From Wolbachia endosymbiont strain TRS of Brugia malayi (GTDB lineage: Bacteria > Pseudomonadota > Alphaproteobacteria > Rickettsiales > Anaplasmataceae): a stretch of 32,000 nt of DNA. The position numbers and the translations under genes are program-made. Every line of letters starts with the position of its first letter. The stretch's first letter is position 1. The notes beneath the pieces are model-generated. The model did not search any database. It saw nothing but the letters and a program-made list of their open reading frames with translations, and was not told where the DNA came from. Shown one piece after another: positions 11,051 to 18,912 of the stretch. Where the stretch lies: the NCBI RefSeq assembly GCF_000008385.1, contig NC_006833.1, positions 810,001 through 842,000 of the forward strand, read 5' to 3'.

Positions 11051-11564
11051 AAATAAGTCAATCTAATATGGAATTTGCTGTAGGCTCTTAATTGAGCATG
11101 CATTAGAAAAAAATCCTAATGCAAAAATACCGGATCCTATAAAAAAAACGAAGAATCAGTTGAATATTGGAACGTTTGTAAAGCAAACAACGAAGAACGG
11201 AATTTGATTGATTTAACGCTAAATACTAAATACATGTAATCAGTCCACAAAAAGTAAATAAGAACTCTTATTCAATTTAATAGTAAATGATATTGGAGTT
11301 TAGAAAGTTAAACTCCAGTATAAAGACAGCATTCGTTTGAGAATCAAGATAAAACTTATTATTTTTAATATAAAAGTAAAAATAATAATAATCTCCTCAT
11401 AACAGTAACTAATGCAATTTTAGCAGTTTTGTCAGAGTTAACCAGACACTGATAAAATGCTTTCATTTTTTTCTGCAACACATAGCAACAAGACAAAATG
11501 TAAAAAAGTTGAATATTTATGTAGAGCAGCGTATAATCATTAATATTCTCTAAGTGCTTTGACT

Positions 11565-12500
11565 ATGGCTTTTTCTAAATTTTTAGATCCTAAGTTAAAC
11601 TTGACATTCAAAAAAATCTTCGGCACTGAAAAAAATAAGAATATCCTTATTTACTTTTTTAATGATGTCTTAGGCTTTACTGGTATTAATACCATACAGA
11701 AGTTGAGTTCCTTAGCATTTTATTATGAATCATGAGATCGCTTCTGATAAACAGAGTACCGTTGATGTTTTCTATGTAAGAATTTTCACGGTAACAGATA
11801 CATTGCAGAAACACATCTCGTTAGAGACAAAGGCTTTTAAAAACGTACTCAACTTTATGCTGTTAAAGTTTACTCAAAGCAATCTGGTAATTATTTGGAT
11901 TTTAAGGAAGTATTCTTTATTGTTATTTCCAATAATATTCTATTTCCTAAAGAGATTGATTATATTTCCACCCATAATATACATGACATAAAAATCAATG
12001 GATATTACTTAAAAGACTTTTAATTTGTCTTTATTAATTTGCCTAAATTTACAAAAGATAAAGATAAGGTAGAACAACTAGAGACTACAATAGAGCGTTA
12101 GTATTTTTTCTTTACGCATGCAGAGGAAACAACTGATAAAGATTTAAGAAAAATAGCAGAAAAATTACCAATAATAAAATTAGCATATAATGAATTAGAA
12201 AAATTTTATTGGGATGAGAAAGACCTAGTAGCACGTGAAGAAAAGGTAATGGATTTACAGAAAGAAGCTGCTATTTTAGAACAAAAACCCGATGATGCTA
12301 CTGAAAAAGGCAAAAAAAATCGGCAGAGACGAAGGCACCCAAATCGGACATCAAAAAGGGCAAAGCAGAGGGCGAAAAAACAGGCCAAAATAGCTGTGGC
12401 TCAAAATTTACTTAAGGCTGGTGCCTCCATAGAGGTTATAGTTAAAATTACTAGCTTTTCGGTAGATGACATTAAAAAACCCCAAGAGGGAATTACTTAA
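11565..12500 (+). pseudogene. Rpn family / PD-(D/E)XK nuclease family transposase pseudogene
   Basis: Fragments in different frames line up with one protein: MAFSKFLDPKLNLTFKKIFGTEKNKNILIYFFNDVLGFTGINTIQ / EIASDKQSTVDVF / CKNFHGNRYIAETHLVRDKGF / YYLKDF*FVFINLPKFTKDKDKVEQLETTIER / HAEETTDKDLRKIAEKLPIIKLAYNELEKFYWDEKDLVAREEK / AKIAVAQNLLKAGASIEVIVKITSFSVDDIKK. Confidence 0.85.
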
Positions 12501-12761
12501 GATGGTTTCTTTGATTGTTCAAGGCTTTTTTTAATTCGTCATACTTTTCACCTATTTGCCTAATCCATTAGGAGTTACATCCAATCTACTTCTTTTGAGC
12601 AAGATCACTGAAATGACACCATTTATTGTGTACATTACCTTAATAAAAGCAAATGTTCATACAGTTATATAACACAGCCATAGATTACATGAACAACCAA
12701 CTCTAACTTCCTCTTTTTGCTGAATATAGTGAAAACTTTTAAAACTTCAGTGTGAAAATCT

Positions 12762-14228
12762 TTAATCACTCGTTTCGTAGTACTTCTCAACCAATTTATT
12801 GAGTAATCTTACGCCAAAGCCCACTGCTCCTTTTGGAGAAATATCAGTGCCTTTTTCGTGCCAAGCTGTACCTGCAATATCTAAATGTGCCCAGCAAGTA
12901 TCATTTACAAAACGCTGTAAAAATTGTGCAGCCATTATGCTATCTCCACCAGAACCTGTAGGAGCTATGTTTTGCACATCAGCAATCGGCGAATCGATAA
13001 TTTTATCGTAAGTTTCATTCATAGGAAAACGCCATAACTTCTCATTTGCTTCATTTCCTGCCTCAACGAGACGATTTGCTAATTCATCATTGTTGGAAAA
13101 AAGACCAGCATATTCATTATTCCCAAGTGCAACTACTATAGCACCAGTTAAAGTTGCAAGATCAATCATAAATTCAGGCGCAAATCTGTCCTGCGTATAC
13201 CATAAAGCGTCTGCAAGTACGAGCCTTCCTTCTGCATCAGTGTTTAACACTTCTATTGTCTGTCCAGACATTGAAGTTACTACATCGCTCGGCCTTTGAG
13301 CATTACCATCTATTGCATTTTCTGCAAGTGCAACCACACCGACTGCATTTATCCTCGCTTTTCGCCCAGCTAGAGTGCGCATCACTCCAACCACAGCAGC
13401 AGAGCCCGCCATGTCATACTTCATTGACTCCATACCACGTGAAGGTTTAAGCGATACTCCACCAGTATCAAATGTTATACCTTTACCCACAAAAGCTATC
13501 GGTTTTTGTTCTTTAGAAGCTCCATTCCATCTTATTACTACCAACTTAGGCTCTTTACTACTTCCTTGTGCTACTCCAAGCAAAGCTCCCATTTTCTTCT
13601 TTTCCATCTGCTTTTTATCAAGCACTTCAATTTCAAGACCAAATTTAGTAAGTTCGCTTTTTATACAGTCAGCATAGGACTCTGGGTACAAAACGTTAGG
13701 TGGTTCAGTGATGAAAGTACGCGCAAGAAATATGCCTTCACCTTCTTGTCTTAAATGCTCAAACGATTTTTCAGCATCGTTTAACTGCTCATCTTTTGCT
13801 AGTACCATAATCTCCTCTACTTCTGTAATTTCTTCATCCTTCTTAGTTTTATACTTATCAAACTTAAAACTACGTAGGAATGCACCATATGCAATATTTT
13901 CTGCACTGCCTTCAATTGAAACCGTTGCTTGTTTAATCTTTAATCTGCCTAGCTCACAATATATTTTACCGCCAACACTTAATTCCTTATTTTCATTCCA
14001 TTCATCTCTCTTACCAAGCCCAACAATTATAACATTCTTACCATCTGATAAAGTAACAGAAAAAAATTCACCAAAGCCTCCATTGAAGTGACTAAATTTC
14101 TTGATGCTATTTATAATCTGCTTGTCTTGCAGAACCTTGCCATTACTTACGAGCTCACCATCTTCAAATAAACCTACCACTAGTGTTTCAAAATCAGGTA
14201 AAACTTTAGAAATTGTTATTTTCATCAT
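12762..14228 (-). CDS. pepA: Leucyl aminopeptidase (M17)
   Basis: 488 aa; VGKGITFDTGGVSLKPSRGMESMKYDMAGSAAV, NTDAEGRLVLADALWY, IDLATLTGAIVVALGN. Confidence 0.97.
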   Translation of the reverse strand: MMKITISKVLPDFETLVVGLFEDGELVSNGKVLQDKQIINSIKKFSHFNGGFGEFFSVTLSDGKNVIIVGLGKRDEWNENKELSVGGKIYCELGRLKIKQATVSIEGSAENIAYGAFLRSFKFDKYKTKKDEEITEVEEIMVLAKDEQLNDAEKSFEHLRQEGEGIFLARTFITEPPNVLYPESYADCIKSELTKFGLEIEVLDKKQMEKKKMGALLGVAQGSSKEPKLVVIRWNGASKEQKPIAFVGKGITFDTGGVSLKPSRGMESMKYDMAGSAAVVGVMRTLAGRKARINAVGVVALAENAIDGNAQRPSDVVTSMSGQTIEVLNTDAEGRLVLADALWYTQDRFAPEFMIDLATLTGAIVVALGNNEYAGLFSNNDELANRLVEAGNEANEKLWRFPMNETYDKIIDSPIADVQNIAPTGSGGDSIMAAQFLQRFVNDTCWAHLDIAGTAWHEKGTDISPKGAVGFGVRLLNKLVEKYYETSD

Positions 14229-14286
14229 TCATAGCTCCATACTTAATCAGGGTAATATTTACCAGAACGGCCGAAAAATACAAGTT

Positions 14287-14937
14287 TTATTTCTTACCAG
14301 AAAACTTATTATATCCGCTCAAGGTAATGTTAAACGTATAGGTTTTAATGGCCCGGTTGTTATAACCAAATGGTGCTATCAGAAGGCTTGCAAGCCCACT
14401 GTCGATAAAACTTTCAAGAACAGAATCAGCACAGTTGTCGCAATTATGGTCAGCAAAAAACATTTGTGTTGCGAATTCTGGAAAATCTGGATGTTGAACC
14501 AAAAAGTTGATGTGTGGAGCCCTATCACCAATTTTACCAGGTGCTACTGTAATAAAATTATAATACCCAAGGTTATTCACTATAAACCTGCCTGATCCAG
14601 CAAAATTTGGATCAAGTTGATTACCTTCCATATTCTCATCATAATGGTTCACGCCACATGAATTCGCGTGCCATATAGAAACTACAGCATTTTGTATTGG
14701 CAAACAGTTTATATCAGTAATCCTACCTACTATATTTATCAATTCCCCTGTTGCACTACTTAGGGAACCAGGCTTTCTTCTTAAATTATTTGAAGAGTTA
14801 AAAATTTTTGGCCTCGCATCAAGATCATATACTCCCGGAGTTTCAATACAGTTGAGCAAAATAGGATCAGCTGCAAACAACGGTAAACTGAGTACAGCTT
14901 GTGCTAAAAAAGCTAATAAGATACTTCTTATATTCAT
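14287..14937 (-). CDS. Secreted intradiol ring-cleavage dioxygenase-like protein (protocatechuate 3,4-dioxygenase beta-like)
   Basis: 216 aa; signal peptide (MNIRSILLAFLAQAVLSLPLFA); VSIWHANSCGVNHYD...LDPNFAGSGRFIVNNLGYYNFITVAPGKIGDRAPHINFLVQHPDFPEFATQMFFADH. Confidence 0.85.
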   Translation of the reverse strand: MNIRSILLAFLAQAVLSLPLFAADPILLNCIETPGVYDLDARPKIFNSSNNLRRKPGSLSSATGELINIVGRITDINCLPIQNAVVSIWHANSCGVNHYDENMEGNQLDPNFAGSGRFIVNNLGYYNFITVAPGKIGDRAPHINFLVQHPDFPEFATQMFFADHNCDNCADSVLESFIDSGLASLLIAPFGYNNRAIKTYTFNITLSGYNKFSGKK

Positions 14938-14997
14938 TTTACTTACAACGCCTTCTCTTGGATTATAGCAATTTTTTCTCTTTTTTTAAAGATGTTA

Positions 14998-15304
14998 CTA
15001 TTCTATATCAAGAACAACCATGAATTCATTAGGATTTACATAATCCAAAGCACCTTTTGCTTATTTATCAAGCAAATCTAAGCCTTTTTCATATAAGCCA
15101 AATACTTCGTTACTCAACATCTCTTTCTTAAAAAAGAGATATTCTTTAACAAAAATTTATTGTACCCTACCTCTTTTTTTTAATTTATTAATACCAATAA
15201 GCCATGTCTACCTGTGATTGTACTGATACTAAAATATAGTGCAAGAGAAGAAATGAGTAAAGCTACACTTAAATACAGTAACCTTTTCTTTTTTTGAGGC
15301 ATAC
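14998..15304 (-). pseudogene. ftsB: FtsB/DivIC-like septum formation initiator, frameshifted
   Basis: Minus-strand ATG at 15304: MPQKKKRLLYLSVALLISSLALYFSISTITGRHGLLVLIN*. After the A10 run at 15174-15183 a shifted frame reads KKEVGYNKFLLKNISFFKKEMLSNEVFGLYEKGLDLLDK*AKGALDYVNPNEFMVVLDIE*. One TM helix followed by a coiled coil and a GYVNPNEF-like end is the FtsB/DivIC layout. Confidence 0.65.
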
Positions 15305-15670
15305 TTCTACACATAAGAAATTGAGAAACACATAACACGAAAAAGGTGAACAAAAAACTAAACCTCCTTCAGGACTCTTTTATAATACCTTTCCAAACCA
15401 AGCACTTACACTAGAAAGCACACTAACACCCATATGTAGTATTGTACTTTCCCCTTGCCTCAAGACAACCAACCTTAAGAGCCCTGGCGTGTTTTGCACC
15501 TTGGCTTTATTTCATTTATAATATAAATCCTACCGCCCCTTTTTACAACTTTACAATTTTTATCTCTGTTGCGGTGGGATTTTAATGACCCTTTGACTTT
15601 CATATCCATTTCAGCACTAAATAACTAATATTATAGTCATCTATAAAAAGTTAGTCAATTGATAAATTAC

Positions 15671-16489
15671 CTACATCCTATTAAAATATTGTATAATTGT
15701 TGCTGATACTTCCTCGATTGACTTTTGTGTTACATCAATAATTGGCCAATTATTTTGTTTAAAGAGCTCCTCTGCTTTTTTAATTTCCTTCTCTACTTTC
15801 TTAGGATCAGCATATATACTATTATCTTCGTTATTAATTGAAGTAAGCCTATTTTTCCGTATTTCGACTAGCCTATTTACATCTATTGTTAACCCTATTG
15901 TTAGTTTGTCTTTTAATTTTGCTAAGTCAAAGTAAAAGGGTATCTCACCAACAAAAGGAATATTTGCAACCTTATAGCCACGATAAGCTAAATACATACT
16001 AGTAGGAGATTTTGATGTGCGTGAAACTCCAATCAAGATTATGTCTGATTTATCAATATCTTGAATATTTTGTCCATCATCATGATTAATAGTGTAGTTT
16101 ATCGCCTCGATGCGCTGAAAATATTCATTATTTATCTCAGTATGCAAGTCGAACTTTTCGTCTTTTTCAATCTCAAGATAGGATGAAATTTCCCTCATAA
16201 TATGTGATAATATCGCTCTATAGGGAATTTTCAATTTTACACAGTTATCTTTTAGATATTTTCTTAGCTTATCATTAGTAATAGTACATATAACAAAGTT
16301 ATGCTCATTACTTTTCTTATTAATTTCCTCCAAAATTTTATCAATTTGTTCTTCTTCTTTCACAAAAGACCAAACATATTCGACTGTTTCTATAGAACGA
16401 AAGTGTTTCAGAGCTGATTTTGCAACTGATATGACAGTTTCACCGCTTGAGTCGGATACTAAGTGTAGATTGAGCTTTTTAAGAGTCAT
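15671..16489 (-). CDS. ppsR: Kinase/pyrophosphorylase, DUF299 / PpsR type
   Basis: 272 aa; [71 protein letters not shown]. Confidence 0.93.
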   Translation of the reverse strand: MTLKKLNLHLVSDSSGETVISVAKSALKHFRSIETVEYVWSFVKEEEQIDKILEEINKKSNEHNFVICTITNDKLRKYLKDNCVKLKIPYRAILSHIMREISSYLEIEKDEKFDLHTEINNEYFQRIEAINYTINHDDGQNIQDIDKSDIILIGVSRTSKSPTSMYLAYRGYKVANIPFVGEIPFYFDLAKLKDKLTIGLTIDVNRLVEIRKNRLTSINNEDNSIYADPKKVEKEIKKAEELFKQNNWPIIDVTQKSIEEVSATIIQYFNRM

Positions 16490-16765
16490 ATTTTTACAGC
16501 ATCATGTTAAATAATAGTATAGACCTAAGCAACCTACTACTAAAATTACACAAACATATAAAAACAGAGAGTCAAACTAAAAACTGCTTGACAAACTTTG
16601 CCAGTTCCCTTATTGTAACATTGAAGCTATTTATTTATCTTTAGTCTATGCAAATTAAATGATAAAAAAACTCAATGTACTTGGTGCTTCATATTTAATT
16701 TTTTGCACTATATGCACCGCATGTCTTTATAACTTTTCAAGGTTTTTACTTAATATAAGTTGAAA

Positions 16766-16890
16766 TACGCTTATTAAAGCATTCAATACAGTAAAAAAAC
16801 GTCAATTTAAAAAATAGATAGTGAATAACTAGCTAACAGTTTTCTTGCCTTTCTTTTGCTTAGTAAGTTTCTTAAATATTTGTAGCTGAA
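16766..16890. repeat. Degenerate dispersed intergenic repeat copy
   Basis: acgcttattaaag...aaaaacgtcaatttaaaaaatagatagtgaataactagctaacagttttcttgcctttcttttgcttagtaagtttcttaaatatttgtagct parallels 9308-9435. Confidence 0.6.
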
Positions 16891-17122
16891 GTAATTTAGG
16901 AGTAACCCAAAATAGTATCATTTCAGCGTATGACATCGTAATCCAGATCGGACACTAAGTTGTAACGTAAAAGTAGCTAATCTCATGTTAAAATACAATT
17001 TTTAACGGGATTGCGTGAAAGTTGATTGTGCTAATTTGCTGGCCCACATAAACATAGACACTATCCTGTTGATAAAGCTCAAGCTAACTGATAAATTCTT
17101 AACACAACTATTCTTGAAGTAA

Positions 17123-17833
17123 ATGTTTTTATTAAAGCCCAAAAATTTCTTTTACTTTGCTAAGAAAGCTTTGCCTTGGCTTGGGGTTATTTGTTTTGCA
17201 TGTTTTTTAGCCGGAATGTTTTTAGCCTTATTCTTCTCTCCAGAGGATTATAAACAAGGAGAAATTGTACGCATTATGTATCTTCATGTGCCTTCTGCAT
17301 GGTTTTCTCTCGGAACATATGGATTAATTGCACTACTCAGTTTCATTTCCTTAGTGTGGAGTAATAGCATTGCCAGCGTTTTGGCACACGCTGCTGCTCC
17401 TGTAGGGGTGGTCTTCTCTGCAATATGTTTAATCACAGGCAGCATCTGGGGAAAAGGAACCTGGGGTACTTGGTGGGTATGGGATGCAAGGCTCACTTCA
17501 ATGTTGATTTTATTTTTTCTATACGTTGGATACCTTTCATTGTGGAATGCTTTTGACAATGAAGAAAGAGCCAAAAAATCAGCAGCAGTATTTGCCATCT
17601 TTAGTGCTATAAATATCCCTATAGTAAAATTCTCTGTGAATCTGTGGGCTACTCTCCACCAGCCAGCAAGTATTCTCAGAAAAGGTGGAATAGCAATAGA
17701 AGGTTCTCTACTGTTGCCATTAATTGCAATGTTTATATTTTGTACCACATTTTTTTTAGTAGTGTGGGCATTGTATTCACTTTACCTGATTAATTTGTAT
17801 AAGATAAAGAGAGAGATTAGTGTACGTTATTAA
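17123..17833 (+). CDS. ccmC: Heme exporter protein C (cytochrome c maturation)
   Basis: 236 aa; IMYLHVPSAWFSLGTYGLIALLS, GSIWGKGTWGTWWVWDARLTSMLILFFLYVGY, LWATLHQPASI tryptophan-rich signature. Confidence 0.95.
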   Translation: MFLLKPKNFFYFAKKALPWLGVICFACFLAGMFLALFFSPEDYKQGEIVRIMYLHVPSAWFSLGTYGLIALLSFISLVWSNSIASVLAHAAAPVGVVFSAICLITGSIWGKGTWGTWWVWDARLTSMLILFFLYVGYLSLWNAFDNEERAKKSAAVFAIFSAINIPIVKFSVNLWATLHQPASILRKGGIAIEGSLLLPLIAMFIFCTTFFLVVWALYSLYLINLYKIKREISVRY

Positions 17834-17913
17834 ACCTACTACAAATGTACATATATAACACTTTCCTTGTGTCATTACCTGACTCAGACAGCTTTATGTA
17901 AACACTTTTTTCA

Positions 17914-18150
17914 TTGAAAAATTCAGAAAAATGTTGTACTGTTGTTACAGTATTAGACTTCAGTAAAACTTATGGCAGATTCAGAATTTACATAGCACTC
18001 AACCCAAAAATCTCACATCACCTTACTAGACTAGCTGAATTTACTAAGGAAGCTGTTCAAGAGTTGGCAAAAAGGTTAATCACAGAAGGAATCGAATGTA
18101 AAATAGAGGGAGATTACATTAGCCGATGTTATTATAAGAAGAGGATATAA
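17914..18150 (+). other. Short ORF upstream of a RelE-like remnant; possibly a decayed antitoxin
   Basis: 78 aa; NPKISHHLTRLAEFTKEAVQELAKRLITEGIE loosely resembles a ribbon-helix-helix antitoxin region. It ends at TAA 18148, in the same frame as the downstream toxin-like ORF. Confidence 0.25.
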
Positions 18151-18159
18151 ATTAGAGCA

Positions 18160-18447
18160 CAGTGCTATCTGAAAGAGCGAGGATATGAACTAAAATATAA
18201 CATTATCTACTCAAAAAACTTTACTGAAATAGATTTTCTAAATCTTCCAAAAATAACAAGATCAAGAATTACAAAGGTGATAAATGATCGACTCACAACT
18301 GATCCAATTAAATTCAGCAAACTATTACGTAGTAGGTTAAAAGAGAATAGAAGATTATCAAAGGAATATAATTTACTTATAATATCTAATGAAAATTTAA
18401 TATACCTGGCTATAGCTAGGGTTATGATAAAGAGGTGCTTTCCTTAG
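18160..18447 (+). pseudogene. RelE/ParE-family toxin remnant
   Basis: KYNIIYSKNFTEIDFLNLPKITRSRITKVINDRLTTDPIKFSKLLRSRLKENRRLSKEYNLLIISNENLIYLAIARVMIKRCFP* follows the RelE pattern (lpk..r.ri...I..RLt.dP.kf.kpLr..LkG.rRLrvgdYRviy), with a degraded C-terminus. Confidence 0.65.
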
Positions 18448-18621
18448 TTCACTAATTTGTGAACAATTTCTAAGATACATAGATTTGATTTTTTTTGGGA
18501 TATTAGCATGATACAAATTCGAGAGTATGTAAATACTGGCTTATTCAGTTTAAGGAAGAAAAAAGTAGAATTTTATCTAAATTCATATCGTTGCTTAGAA
18601 CAGTAAACATCATAAAGGCTA

Positions 18622-18799
18622 TCTGTTATTACATGATTACTTAAGAGAAAATTGTAGAAAAGCAAAAGAATACTCTGAACTAAAGTACAAATTAAGTAAA
18701 ACCTTCGTTGAAAATAGAGAGGCATACACAGAGGACAAGGCAGGTTTTATAAAAGCCCTATTAATTCAGGCAGAAAGATGGAAGAATTTGAAGGAATAA
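18622..18799 (+). pseudogene. C-terminal remnant of a GrpB (UPF0157) family protein
   Basis: YLRENCRKAKEYSELKYKLSKTFVENREAYTEDKAGFIKALLIQAERWKNLKE* matches the characteristic C-terminus (..LRdyLr.np..a.eYe.LK..La..f..dReaYt.gK..Fi..il). Confidence 0.7.
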
Positions 18800-18912
18800 T
18801 TATACGTAAGACTTTGAACAATGAAAATGGTGTGAATCTGTTCTTGATCGAACACAAAAAAATCTTCGATATAAATAATAGTCCTTTATGCTATCAACAA
18901 CACTACACCCTT

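Noticed and set aside
12206-12388. Minus-strand Cys/Phe/Ser-rich ORF
   Set aside because: It is the antisense shadow of the Lys/Arg-rich end of the Rpn pseudogene.
13256-14595. Several plus-strand ORFs (13256-13450, 13375-13677, 13506-13754, 13708-14091, 14101-14595)
   Set aside because: All are opposite pepA or the dioxygenase-like gene, which have clear family motifs. The plus-strand translations are low-complexity and unrecognisable.
14287-14937. Idea that the dioxygenase-like gene marks an aromatic catabolism operon
   Set aside because: No other catabolic genes are nearby, and the predicted metal site looks altered.
17284-17748. 154-aa minus-strand ORF opposite ccmC
   Set aside because: ccmC has its heme-handling WGxWWxWDxRLT motif on the plus strand; the antisense frame has no plausible features.
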